Positions 21,529-32,792 of a stretch of 64,000 nucleotides of DNA are shown here, piece after piece. Each line of letters opens with the position of its first letter. Position 1 is the first letter of the stretch. A model generated the notes under the pieces. It did no database searches, had not been told where the DNA came from, and saw only the letters and a list, made by a program, of their open reading frames with translations. Both the position numbers and the translations under genes were made by a program. The DNA comes from an uncultured Planctomycetota bacterium (GTDB lineage Bacteria; Planctomycetota; PLA2; JAEUHO01), in the NCBI GenBank assembly GCA_963752285.1, contig CAVVXN010000005.1, positions 1,888,001 through 1,952,000 on the forward strand, read 5' to 3'.

Positions 21529-21872
21529 GAAGACGTCCCGGAGGCCTTCGCGTCCTGGCCGCCCTTCGCCTCGCCCGACTTCTTCCCGGCGGCGGGGGCC
21601 GGCGCGGCGCCGCCACCCGCGCCCGCGTCCGATCCGCCACCCGACCCGCCATCGGAGGCGTCGCGCTTGGCGCCGGTCCGCGCGGCGGCGCGCTTGTAGT
21701 CGGTCTCGTAGAAGCCCGAGCCGCGGAAGATCACGCCGAGCCCCGTGCCGACGAGCCGGATCAGCTTGCGCTTCCCGCAGGAGGGGCAGGTCTTGAGCTT
21801 CGGCGCGGTCATCTCCTGGAACCGCTCGAACGTGTGGCCGCAGGCCTCGCACTCGTAGTCGTACGTGGGCAT
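21525..21872 (-). CDS. FmdB family zinc-ribbon protein
   Basis: MPTYDYECEACGHTFE..CPSCG..IFRGSGFYETDY. Confidence 0.92.
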   Translation of the reverse strand: MPTYDYECEACGHTFERFQEMTAPKLKTCPSCGKRKLIRLVGTGLGVIFRGSGFYETDYKRAAARTGAKRDASDGGSGGGSDAGAGGGAAPAPAAGKKSGEAKGGQDAKASGTSS

Positions 21873-21873
21873 C

Positions 21874-22539
21874 TCAGAGGTCCTCTTCCGATTCCCGGTC
21901 CGCCGCGCCGTCCTCCCGATCCGGGTCGGCGGCCGAAGTCCTCGCCCCGCTCTCGCGCTCCGCGGCCACGGCCACGTGCGCGGGACGGACCACCCGGTCG
22001 TGGAGCGTGAAGCCCGGCCGGAGCTCGCGCGCGATCGTGTGCGCGTCGAGGTCCGCGCGGTCCACCATCACGATGGCGTGGTGCCGTGAGGGGTCGAACG
22101 GCGCGCCCTCGGCGGCGTCGATCCTCGCGACGCCGTGGCGGGAGAGCACGTTCAGGAGCTCCTTCTCGACCAGGTCGAAGCCCTCGAGCGCCGCGGTGGC
22201 CGTCGGCGCGGCCGCTCCCGACGCATGGAGGGCCCGTTCCTGGAACCCCTCGCGCGCGGCGTGGAGCGCGTCGAAGACGGGTAGGAGGTCCGAGAGGAGC
22301 TGCTCGATCGCGTAGCGGCCGCGGTCGTCGGACTGACGCCGGATGCGCTGCGTCTCGTTCACGAAGTCGGCCTGCATCCGGCGGAGCCGGTCCTCGAGCG
22401 CGGCCACGCGCGGGTCGGGCCCGTCGGCGGCCGGCCCGAACCCGGCGCCGTCCTCGCGGGGCTCGGCGGAGCCCGTGCCGTCGAACGACTTCGCGTCGTC
22501 GCGGTCGTCGAGCGGGCGGGGGTCCACGGGCGCGGTCAC
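21874..22539 (-). CDS. grpE: Nucleotide exchange factor GrpE
   Basis: [41 protein letters not shown]. Confidence 0.92.
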   Translation of the reverse strand: MTAPVDPRPLDDRDDAKSFDGTGSAEPREDGAGFGPAADGPDPRVAALEDRLRRMQADFVNETQRIRRQSDDRGRYAIEQLLSDLLPVFDALHAAREGFQERALHASGAAAPTATAALEGFDLVEKELLNVLSRHGVARIDAAEGAPFDPSRHHAIVMVDRADLDAHTIARELRPGFTLHDRVVRPAHVAVAAERESGARTSAADPDREDGAADRESEEDL

Positions 22540-23708
22540 CGGGCGCGCTCCTCGGCCGAGGACCGGCGCTCGTCGAGCCGGCGCCGGTGCGCGTCGAGAC
22601 GGTCGCCGAACACGCGGCGCGCGGGCCCCACCTCGCGCGTCTCCTCCTCGCGGAGCCCCTCGAGCGCGCGCTTGAGCCGGCGCCCCGGCTTCTTCGGCAC
22701 GTCGTAGGCCACGCGCACGTAGAGGCTGCCGCGCCCGCCCGACCGGAGCCGCGGGAGCCCCCCGCCGCGCATCCGTACGGTGTCGCCGGGGGCGGTGCCC
22801 GAGGCGAGCGAGAGCTTCTCGACTCCTTCGAGCGTCGGCACCTCGACCTCGCCGCCGAGGAGCGCGGCCGCGATCGGGACGGGCACCTCGACGAACAGGT
22901 CGGCGGGATCGCGGGGGCTCCGGACGAAGAGTGGGTGCTCCCGGACGCGGACGACGCAGTGCAGATCGCCCGCGGGCCCCCCACGAGGGCCGGCCTCGCC
23001 CTGGCCGCGGACGCTGAGCGTCATGCCGTCCTCGATGCCCGCCGGGACGTCTACGGCGACCTCGCGCCGCCTTGGGACGAGCCCGCTCCCGCGGCAGGTC
23101 GGGCAGGGGTCCTCCACCACCATCCCCTCGCCGCCGCACGCGGCGCAGCTCCGCCGCACCGCGAAGAACCCCTGGTTGGACACCTCGTAGCCGGCGCCGG
23201 CGCAGCGCCCGCAGCGCACGAGCGGACGCCCGCCCTTCGAGCCGCTCCCCCCGCACGCGTCGCAGGGCTCGCGGCGCTCGAGGGGAACGGTCCGCCGGGC
23301 ACCGGCCGCCACGTCCTCCAGGTCGAGTTCGACCTCGACGCCGAGCGTCGCGCCGCGCCGGGGGCCGGCGGACCCCCCGCGCGACCCGCCGAAGAACGAG
23401 CCGAAGAGGTCGCCTCCGAAGATCTCGCCGAACGCGCGGAAGATGTCGTGGACGTCCGCGAAACCGGTCTGGCCGTTCAGGCCCTCGTGGCCGTAGCGGT
23501 CGTACCGCTGCCGTTTCTCCGGATGCGCCAGGACCTCGTACGCCTCGGCCGCCTCCTTGAACCGCTCCTCCGCCTCGGGATCTCCGGGGTTCTTGTCGGG
23601 GTGGTACTGGACGGCGAGCCGGCGGTACGAGGCCTTGACCTCGGTGTCGCTCGCGTGACGGGACACGCCCAGGATCTCGTAGTAGTCGCGTTTCATCGAC
23701 GTGGTCAC
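22536..23708 (-). CDS. dnaJ: Chaperone DnaJ
   Basis: [16 protein letters not shown]-domain, four CxxCxGxG repeats; start GTG 23708 or ATG 23696. Confidence 0.96.
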   Translation of the reverse strand: MTTSMKRDYYEILGVSRHASDTEVKASYRRLAVQYHPDKNPGDPEAEERFKEAAEAYEVLAHPEKRQRYDRYGHEGLNGQTGFADVHDIFRAFGEIFGGDLFGSFFGGSRGGSAGPRRGATLGVEVELDLEDVAAGARRTVPLERREPCDACGGSGSKGGRPLVRCGRCAGAGYEVSNQGFFAVRRSCAACGGEGMVVEDPCPTCRGSGLVPRRREVAVDVPAGIEDGMTLSVRGQGEAGPRGGPAGDLHCVVRVREHPLFVRSPRDPADLFVEVPVPIAAALLGGEVEVPTLEGVEKLSLASGTAPGDTVRMRGGGLPRLRSGGRGSLYVRVAYDVPKKPGRRLKRALEGLREEETREVGPARRVFGDRLDAHRRRLDERRSSAEERAR

Positions 23709-23832
23709 GAGATCCTACTCCTCGACGAGGCCGGATCCACGGGCCGTCGGTGATCGAACGCCGCGGATGGCGCGCCCCACGCCGGCTCGACGCCCGGCCC
23801 CCGCGCGCCCGGTCGCTCGCCGCCGGACGGCG

Positions 23833-25446
<1,614 letters not shown>

Positions 25447-25515
25447 GTGTTCCTCGTCGGGTCTGGGGGTCGGGTCAGGGCTCTCTCTCGGTCGTCGTTC
25501 GGACGGGGCGCGCGC

Positions 25516-25803
25516 TCACTCGAAGAGCGCGAGCACCTCGTTCTCGCGGAGGATCTTGAGCTCGTCCCCCTTCCACTTGATCTCGGTGCCGGCGTACTTG
25601 CCGTAGAGCACCTCGTCGCCGACCTTGACGGTGAGCGGGACGCGCTTGCCGTCGTCGTTGAGCCGGCCCTCACCCACCGCCAGGACCTTGCCCCGCTGGG
25701 GCTTCTCCTTGGCGGTGTCGGGCAGCAGGATGCCGCCGGCCGTCTTCTCCTCGGCCTCGATCGGCTGGACCACGATGCGGTCATCGAGCGGGCGGATGGC
25801 CAT
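25516..25803 (-). CDS. groES: Co-chaperonin GroES
   Basis: [41 protein letters not shown]. Confidence 0.97.
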   Translation of the reverse strand: MAIRPLDDRIVVQPIEAEEKTAGGILLPDTAKEKPQRGKVLAVGEGRLNDDGKRVPLTVKVGDEVLYGKYAGTEIKWKGDELKILRENEVLALFE

Positions 25804-25942
25804 GTTCGGTCGTCTCCATCGCGGGGCCGGGGCCGGGGAGCGGTCCCCGCGCGCCGGTCCCATCACGGTTTCAGTCTCGTCCGGGATCCTCGGTCTTCGA
25901 TCCGGCCCGCCGCGCCCTTCCGCGCGCCGGGCCGGCTCCGGT

Positions 25943-27586
25943 TCAGTAGTCCTCGTCCATGCCGCCCGGCATCTCCGGGCCCTCGTCGTCCTCGGGGAGA
26001 TTCGCGACGAGGCAGTCCGTGGAGATCAGGAGCGTCGCGACGCTCGCGGCGTTCTGGAGCGCCGAGCGCGAGACCTTCGTCGGGTCCACGATGCCGGCCT
26101 CGAACATGTCGGTCTGCTTCCCCGACACGACGTCGAAGCCCTCGTTCCGGGCCGTGCCGCGGAGCTTGCGGACGACGACGTCGCCCTCGAAGCCCGCGTT
26201 CGCCGCGATCGTGCGCGCGGGGACGGAGAGCGCGTCGTGGAGCGCCTTCGCGCCGAGCCGCGCGTCGCCGTCGACGGCCCCCGACGACATCCACTCGCCG
26301 ACGGCCTTCTCGGCCCGGAGGAACGCCGTGCCGCCGCCGGGGAGGATGCCCTCCTCCACCGCGGCGCGCGTGGCGTGCAGCGCGTCCTCGACGCGCGACT
26401 TCTTCTCCTTCATCTCGGTCTCGGTCGCGGCTCCGACCTCGATCTGGGCGACGCCGCCGGCGAGCTTCGCGAGCCGTTCCTGGAGCTTCTCCTTGTCGTA
26501 GTCCGAGTCGCTCTTCTCGAGCTCCTGGCGGATCTGACGCATACGGGAGGAGAGGTCCGACTGCGACCCGCCGCCGTCCACGAGGGTGGTGTTCTCGGCC
26601 TCGATCGTCGCGCGGCGACACGTGCCGAGCTGGTCGATGGTCACGTTCTCGAGGTCCACACCCAGGTCCTTGTAGAAGGCGTGCGCACCCGTCAGGATCG
26701 CGATGTCCCCGAGCATGGCCTTGCGCCGGTCGCCGTACCCCGGAGCCTTGACGGCCGTGGTCTGCACGACGCCGCGGAGCTTGTTGAGGACGAGCGTCGC
26801 CAGGGCGTCGCCCTCGATGTCCTCGGCGATGATCAGGAGCGGTCGCCCCCGCTTGCTCACCGTCTCGAGCAGGGGCACGAGCTTCGCGGCGGCCGAGATC
26901 TTGTCCTCCCAGATGAGGACGAGGGGGTTGTCGAGGACGGCCTGCATGCGCTCGGGATCGGTCACGAAGTGCGGCGAGAGGTAGCCGCGGTCGAACTGCA
27001 TGCCCTGGATGACGTTCACCTTCGTATCGAGGGTCTTCCCCTCCTCGATCGTGATGACGCCGTCGTTCCCCACCTTGTCCATCGCCTCGGCGATCATCGA
27101 GCCGATCTCGGTGTCGCCGTTGGCGGCGATCGTCGCGACGTGCTTCACGTGCGCCTTGTCGGACGAGACCTTCTTCGAGAGCTTCTTGAGCGCGCCCACC
27201 GCGACGTCGGTCGCCTCGCGGATGCCGCGCGAGAGCGCGGCGACCGAAGCGCCGGACGCCGCGTACTTGTGCGCCTCCAGGAAGATCGCCTCGGCGAGGA
27301 CCGTCGCCGTCGTCGTGCCGTCGCCCGCGACGTCGGAGGTCTTCGACGCGGCCTCCTTCACGAGCTGCGCGCCCATGTCCTCGTAGGGGTTCTCGAGCTC
27401 GACCTCCTCGGCTACCGTGGCGCCGTCCTTCGTGAAGGTGGGGCTTCCCCAGCCCTTGTCGATCACGGCGTTCCGGCCCCGGGGGCCGTACGTGATCTTG
27501 ACGGCACGCGCGAGCTTCTGCACGCCGACGCGGACGTGTTCCCGGGCCTCCTGGTCGAAGGCGAGCTGCTTGGCGGGCATGGGCAT
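25943..27586 (-). CDS. groEL: Chaperonin GroEL (first copy in the operon)
   Basis: [36 protein letters not shown]-terminus MPGGMDEDY; start 27586 or 27580. Confidence 0.97.
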   Translation of the reverse strand: MPMPAKQLAFDQEAREHVRVGVQKLARAVKITYGPRGRNAVIDKGWGSPTFTKDGATVAEEVELENPYEDMGAQLVKEAASKTSDVAGDGTTTATVLAEAIFLEAHKYAASGASVAALSRGIREATDVAVGALKKLSKKVSSDKAHVKHVATIAANGDTEIGSMIAEAMDKVGNDGVITIEEGKTLDTKVNVIQGMQFDRGYLSPHFVTDPERMQAVLDNPLVLIWEDKISAAAKLVPLLETVSKRGRPLLIIAEDIEGDALATLVLNKLRGVVQTTAVKAPGYGDRRKAMLGDIAILTGAHAFYKDLGVDLENVTIDQLGTCRRATIEAENTTLVDGGGSQSDLSSRMRQIRQELEKSDSDYDKEKLQERLAKLAGGVAQIEVGAATETEMKEKKSRVEDALHATRAAVEEGILPGGGTAFLRAEKAVGEWMSSGAVDGDARLGAKALHDALSVPARTIAANAGFEGDVVVRKLRGTARNEGFDVVSGKQTDMFEAGIVDPTKVSRSALQNAASVATLLISTDCLVANLPEDDEGPEMPGGMDEDY

Positions 27587-27623
27587 CTCCTGGGGTACGG
27601 GGCCGTCCCTCGGGGGCGCGTCT

Positions 27624-27639
27624 AGCCAAGGGCGTGCCG
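27624..27639 (-). promoter_or_regulatory. sigma54 (-24/-12) promoter candidate for the groEL operon
   Basis: Minus strand CGGCACG-CCCT-TGGCT: GG and GC at correct spacing, about 40 bp upstream of the groEL start. Confidence 0.6.
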
Positions 27640-27716
27640 TCCGCCGGACCTCGACTGAAGCCGTTGGGGCACTTCATCTTGCGCGCGCGCCGTCCGATTG
27701 AGGTAGGGACGGGCGC

Positions 27717-27770
27717 TGCCAGGATGTCATACGCCCAGGCGAGCGTCCTCGGCGGGATGTCAACTTGTCA
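27717..27770. promoter_or_regulatory. Pair of TGYCA-N3-TGTCA boxes, putative upstream activator sites
   Basis: TGCCAGGATGTCA at 27717-27729 and TGTCAACTTGTCA at 27758-27770, 41 bp apart, about 80 and 120 bp upstream of the sigma54 motif. Confidence 0.5.
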
Positions 27771-27870
27771 ATCCGCCGCCAACCGCCATCCGGCCCCCCT
27801 CGGGTATAGAAGGGGGCCTTCTACGGGAGGCCGCCCGGCCGCGAGGCTGGGGCCACGGGAGGACTGTCCG

Positions 27871-29100
27871 ATGCGCACGTCGATCGTGCTGTGCGTGGTC
27901 GTCGCCCTGATGGGGTGTTCTTCGCGGAGCCAGCCGCAACCCGCTCCGGCCACGGTGTACGGGCCCGCCTCGCAGGGCCCGATCGTCTACGCGAGCCCCA
28001 GCCCCGCTCCGGCCTACGCGCCGCCGGCCGCTCGGCCCGCGCCGCCCCCGGCGCCGATCGCCCGGCCGAGCCCGGCTCCGTCGGCCCCCGCCGCCCCCTC
28101 CTCCTACGCCCCGAGCCAGCCGTGGCAGTGGTATCCGACGCTCGCGGCCGCCCAGGCGGAGGCCCGGCGTGAGGGGAAGCTCGTCCTCGTCGGGTCCACC
28201 CAGCCCGGGTGCGGGCTCTGCGAGAAGTTCCGCAACACGATCGTCCCCGAGATGAGCTCGAGGATCTCGCGGTACGCGGTCGGGTACATGGTCCACGCGA
28301 GCGCCGGCTCCAACGACCCCGCCTGGCAGATCCTCAAGGCGAACCTCTCCCGCGAGCGCCTGATGCCCCTCGTCGGGGTGTTGACGCCCGACCTGCGCTG
28401 GCTCGCCGGCTTCGGTGGCCCGCCCGACGAGCAGAAGCTCATGAACGCGCTCGAGACGGCCCGACGCCTGTACCCGGTCTCCTCGGCCTGGCGGCCCACG
28501 GCCACGGAAACCGATACGCGCACGGCGCAGCTGAACGAGTACGGCGAGTACGAGTGGACCCCGCTCGAGTCGCTGTTCCCCGACGCGCCCCACGCCGAGA
28601 TCGCGACGACCGACGCCGCGCCCCCGGCGGGAAGCGGGGGGCGCATGACGCCGGTCGTCGCACCGCGGGACGCCGGCGTGGCGACGACCGACCATGACGC
28701 GTCGGCGCCCGCGGAGGCGGCCGACGTCGATGCGGCCCCCGAGCCGACGGCCACCGTGGTGGCGATGGCGGCGCCCGAGGAGCCCGACGTGGCGAGCGAC
28801 GCGGAACCGACCGCGGCGACCGCGCCTGCGTCCTACGCGGGCGAGTCGCCCGCGCAGGCGCTCCGACGCGCGGCCGACCAGATTCGTTCGGGCGACCTGG
28901 ACGGCGCGAAGGCGACGCTCGCCGACGTCCTCACCCGCGCCACCGACGACGATACGCGGCGCGAGGCCCAGAAGGGCGGCGTCGCGGTCTACAACGCCGA
29001 GCGCATCCGCGACGCCCGCGGCGACCGCGAGCGCGACCGCATCCTCGAGGAAGCGCGCCAGAACCTCCGCGGCTCCCTCTGGGGCGCTCTCTTCTCCTGA
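27871..29100 (+). CDS. Thioredoxin-like (CGLC) lipoprotein with Pro/Ala linkers and helical C-domain
   Basis: GGAGGA RBS; lipobox LMGC; WYPTLAAAQAEARREGKLVLV..CGLC..MPLVGVLTPD. Confidence 0.8.
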   Translation: MRTSIVLCVVVALMGCSSRSQPQPAPATVYGPASQGPIVYASPSPAPAYAPPAARPAPPPAPIARPSPAPSAPAAPSSYAPSQPWQWYPTLAAAQAEARREGKLVLVGSTQPGCGLCEKFRNTIVPEMSSRISRYAVGYMVHASAGSNDPAWQILKANLSRERLMPLVGVLTPDLRWLAGFGGPPDEQKLMNALETARRLYPVSSAWRPTATETDTRTAQLNEYGEYEWTPLESLFPDAPHAEIATTDAAPPAGSGGRMTPVVAPRDAGVATTDHDASAPAEAADVDAAPEPTATVVAMAAPEEPDVASDAEPTAATAPASYAGESPAQALRRAADQIRSGDLDGAKATLADVLTRATDDDTRREAQKGGVAVYNAERIRDARGDRERDRILEEARQNLRGSLWGALFS

Positions 29101-29436
29101 TCGGCGCGCGCTTCTCCTGACCGGCGCCTGCGACGTGCCGTGAGACGTCGCGTGGAAGGTCCGGTCCGCGGTCCGTCCACGGCTTCCGTCGGCCGGGGCT
29201 CGCTGCCCGGCATCCGGGGACCCGACGGCGGTCGCGACGGTAGGCGCGTCACGCTCAAGTCATCCTGCGGGACGACCGACCTCCCGGGCAGGGTTCGGCT
29301 CTCCCGGTGGCGGGGCGTCCCGCGAGGAGCGGCCCGAGCACGCGACCCGGCGCGCGGGCGCGCTCGGCCGCTCGCACCCGACGAGCACGCGCACGAGGGC
29401 CCTCCCGCTGTCCCTCCCTTGTCGGATGCTCCTCGC

Positions 29437-30714
29437 ATGCGAAGCCGCGCTCCCTTCGTCCTCCTCGTCTCCACGCTGGCCGCCGTCCTCTCGGTCGTCG
29501 CCGCCCCCCGCGCCGACGCCGGCCGATCGTCGCACCCCTACTTCGACGACGGCGGCACGCTCACGTGGTACCGGCGGTTCGACGACGCCGCGCGGGCCGC
29601 GCGCGCGGAGGGAAAGCTCGTCTTCGTCGAGTACGGCCGGCGGATCTGCGGCTCGTGCAAGCAGCTCGTCTCGACCGTGCTCCCCGATCCGCGCGTCCGG
29701 TCGCGCCTCTCGCGCGTCGCCGTCGGCCTCGCCGCGGACTGCGACCAGCCCGAGCCGTTCCTCGCCCGCCTCTTCCAGCGCGAACAGCCGTCGGCGCGCA
29801 TGCTGCCGCTCGTCGCGTTCCTGACGCCCGACGGCGGGTACGTCACGGGCTTCTCGGGCGGGTGCGACGCCGACCGGCTGCTCGCACACGTGCGCCACGC
29901 CGAGGCGATGCTGCCGGCCCGCGCGGACCCCGTTCCCGCACCCGAGCCGCACGTGGTCCCACGCGTGCGCCCGCGTCTTCCCGTGCCCGCTGTCGATCCG
30001 TCCCTCCACGCCTCGACCCCGACGAGGTCGGCCACCCCGGCGCCCGCGCCGGTGCCGGCGGTGCGCCCGACCCCGGCCGTCCGCGGCGAGCTCGCGTCCC
30101 GGGACGAGACCCTCGTCCGTCGTCCGACCCGGGACGACGTGGCGCCGCCCGCGATCCCGGCGCTCACCGGAAGCCCGGACGGCTCGGACGCGACGGAGAG
30201 CGGGTGCGGCCTGCCGGCCCACTTCCACCGCCCCCCGGGCCCCCTCCCGCCTCCCCAGGTCCGCCTCGTCGGACCGACCAAGGTGACGGCTCCGCGAACC
30301 CGGGAGCGGAGCCGGAGCCCCGCCCCCCGCGCGACGCCGGTCGCACGCCCCGACGTGCGCGACCTGGCCGCCCGGGGCGCGTGGCGCGACGTCCTCAAGC
30401 TCTCGGCCACGTCGCCCGACGACCCCGAGCTCAGACACCTCACGACCCGCGCGCACGAGTGGGCCAACACCCGCCTCGACGAGGCGGCTGCGGCGGCGAA
30501 GGAGGCGCGGTTCAAGGACGCGCTCGAGGCGATCGAGCAGGTGATCGACCAGATGCCGGGCGAACCCGAGTACGTGGACGGGGCCCGCGGCCTCACCGCC
30601 ATCAAGACCCTGCTCGAGCTCCGGTTCCTGAACGCCGACGGCGAGGTGGCCCACGCCGTCCGTGAGCGCGCCCGCGACGACCTGCGCGGCACCCGCTGGG
30701 TCACGCTGTTCTAG
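29437..30714 (+). CDS. Secreted thioredoxin-like (CGSC) protein, paralog of the upstream gene
   Basis: Signal peptide ending ADA; WYRRFDDAARAARAEGKLVFV..CGSC..LPLVAFLTPDG. Confidence 0.8.
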   Translation: MRSRAPFVLLVSTLAAVLSVVAAPRADAGRSSHPYFDDGGTLTWYRRFDDAARAARAEGKLVFVEYGRRICGSCKQLVSTVLPDPRVRSRLSRVAVGLAADCDQPEPFLARLFQREQPSARMLPLVAFLTPDGGYVTGFSGGCDADRLLAHVRHAEAMLPARADPVPAPEPHVVPRVRPRLPVPAVDPSLHASTPTRSATPAPAPVPAVRPTPAVRGELASRDETLVRRPTRDDVAPPAIPALTGSPDGSDATESGCGLPAHFHRPPGPLPPPQVRLVGPTKVTAPRTRERSRSPAPRATPVARPDVRDLAARGAWRDVLKLSATSPDDPELRHLTTRAHEWANTRLDEAAAAAKEARFKDALEAIEQVIDQMPGEPEYVDGARGLTAIKTLLELRFLNADGEVAHAVRERARDDLRGTRWVTLF

Positions 30715-30889
30715 CCCGCTCGCAACGCCCACCGCACGCGCCCCGGGGTCAGGGGAGGGGCGGATGCGAGCCGGAGCCATCCCCCGGATCCGACCGGGAC
30801 GCCCTGCCGTCCACCCGCATCGCCCGCGGCGGATTCGGACGAATTGCTCTGGCTCCGTATGTCTGGCGCCGTGTGTGGGATGCGGTCCG

Positions 30890-32647
30890 TCAGCGCGTCG
30901 GGGCCAGGGTCAGGAAGTGGACCGCGTCGCCCGGTTCGAGACCGTCGGCGCGTGACGCCCGATACCCCGCGAGCGTCAACACGACCTCGTAGGCGCCCGC
31001 CGGCAGGTCGGGGAGGACGAGTCCCCCGTTCTCGTCGGTTCGGGCCGGCAGCGCGTCCGGGTCCGCTACCCATCGGAGCCCGCCCTGGCGCTCGACCAGC
31101 ACCCGTGCGCCCTGGAGCGGGAGCCCGCCGGGATCCTCCACGACGAGGCGGAGCGGGAGGCCCCTGGCCAGGCGGAGGGTCGGCGGGGGCGCGTCGGCGC
31201 CCACGTCGTAGGTGGCGGCCGCCCACGCGCTCCCCTCCGTGTGCGCGAACACCTCCACGCCCCCCGGCGGGAGGTCGCGGACGTCGGCGACGCCGGCCGC
31301 GTCGCTCGTCGCCTCGCGGCGCCACGACACCCCGTCCGTCACGCCGCGCACGATGACCTCGGCGCGGACCACGGGCTTCCCCGACTCGTCCACGACGTGG
31401 ACGTTCGCCCGGGCCCCGGGCGGAAGAAGGGCCACGCGGCGTCCGCCCGCCTCCCGCCCCTCGATCCGCACGACCGTCGGCGCGCTGTAGTCCGCCTCGA
31501 CGAGGACCTCGGCCGACGTGCCGTCCGGGACGCGCACGTCGTCGGGAGACGGACGGACCGTCACGGGTGTCGGCTCCTCGAGCGGGAGCGGCGCGTCCGA
31601 TCCGGCCGGCGGCACGTACCGGACCTCCACGTGGAGGCCCGCGGAGAGCGCGTGGTGGCCGAGGTCGGCGGCGCGCACGTCGAACGCGCGGCCGCGGGGG
31701 AGGAGGAGGCGCGCCGGAGCCTCTCCCAGCGGCACGCGCACCACGACGTGCCCCGGGGCGCCGACCTCGAGCACGGCGTCTTCGAGCGACGCGTCGCCGA
31801 GGATCCGGGCCATCTCGAGGACGTCCTGTGCGGCGCCGAGGAGGTCCCCCTCGTCGTAGCGGACCTCGCCCTGCTTGGTGATCACGCGCAGGTGGTCCAC
31901 GGCGACCGGGCTCTGGTCCTCGGCGTCCAGGAACCGGACCTCCTCGGCCCGGCGCTTCACGAGCGCCACGCGGGCCGCGCCGTCCCTCGGGTCCATCCAC
32001 CGCGCGAGCGCGAACCGCCCGGGCGACTCCACGCGGACCCGAAGGCGCGTCCCCGGCACGTCGAGCCCCGCCTTCCCGTCGGCGTCGGTCCGGCCCTCGG
32101 CGGCGCCCGCCTCGCCGGACACCGTGACGTGGGCGCCCGCGAGGGGCCGTCCGTCCTCCGCCGCGACCACGTCCACCTCGGCGCGACCGGGCGGGTTCGC
32201 CGCGGGCTTCGCCTCGACGGCCGTCTCGGGCAGGTGCACCACCCACTCGGAGCCGTAGGCGAACCCGTGCTCCGTCCGACGCGAGCCCGGCCCCTCGATC
32301 GCGAAGCCCTGGCGGCCGTCGGCGTCGCCCGGTACGCGCGCCTCGCCGCCCGCCGCCGACGCGACCGCCTTGTCCCCGAGCCGGAGGGTCCACGACTCCA
32401 GCGCGGACCCGTCGGGCGCGCGGACGCGGACGAGGACGCCCTCCTTGGGGAGGCGTGGCAGCTCGCCCGCCGGCGGGCGGACGCGCGTGGGATCGGGGCG
32501 CGGCAGGTTCGCCGAACGCCAGGCCGTCTCGCCACCCCCGGCGAAGCCGCCCGGGAGCCAGCGGTTCAGCTCGAACAGCAGGTAGAGGACCAGGAGGGCG
32601 ACGAGGGCGGCGAGCACGCCTCGCAAGCGCGGACGGCGACGGGCCAT
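30890..32647 (-). CDS. Membrane-anchored carboxypeptidase regulatory-like (Cna-B type) repeat protein
   Basis: N-terminal TM; repeats such as VVDESGKPV..ATSDAAG..DLPPG and RTDENG..DLPAGAYEV..GY. Confidence 0.75.
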   Translation of the reverse strand: MARRRPRLRGVLAALVALLVLYLLFELNRWLPGGFAGGGETAWRSANLPRPDPTRVRPPAGELPRLPKEGVLVRVRAPDGSALESWTLRLGDKAVASAAGGEARVPGDADGRQGFAIEGPGSRRTEHGFAYGSEWVVHLPETAVEAKPAANPPGRAEVDVVAAEDGRPLAGAHVTVSGEAGAAEGRTDADGKAGLDVPGTRLRVRVESPGRFALARWMDPRDGAARVALVKRRAEEVRFLDAEDQSPVAVDHLRVITKQGEVRYDEGDLLGAAQDVLEMARILGDASLEDAVLEVGAPGHVVVRVPLGEAPARLLLPRGRAFDVRAADLGHHALSAGLHVEVRYVPPAGSDAPLPLEEPTPVTVRPSPDDVRVPDGTSAEVLVEADYSAPTVVRIEGREAGGRRVALLPPGARANVHVVDESGKPVVRAEVIVRGVTDGVSWRREATSDAAGVADVRDLPPGGVEVFAHTEGSAWAAATYDVGADAPPPTLRLARGLPLRLVVEDPGGLPLQGARVLVERQGGLRWVADPDALPARTDENGGLVLPDLPAGAYEVVLTLAGYRASRADGLEPGDAVHFLTLAPTR

Positions 32648-32792
32648 GCGCCGCACGATACCCGGCCGCGGCGCCGGGACCGGGCCTCTGCGTCCGTATA
32701 CTCCCGGGCCGTCGTCCCCGGTTTGGCGTCGCGGGCGGGCCCGGCACGGGGCCGAGGTCGTCCCCCGGGGCCCTCCCGGTCCGGAGTCCGCG

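Noticed and set aside
27587..27870. CIRCE/HrcA operator
   Set aside because: No TTAGCACTC-N9-GAGTGCTAA-like inverted repeat
31624..31637. Palindrome CCTCCACGTGGAGG as a second parS
   Set aside because: Inside a CDS and lacks the GTT/AAC flanks
32648..32792. SAM or cobalamin riboswitch upstream of yitJ
   Set aside because: No recognisable S-box or B12-box core; only a TATACT -10-like hexamer at 32697-32702
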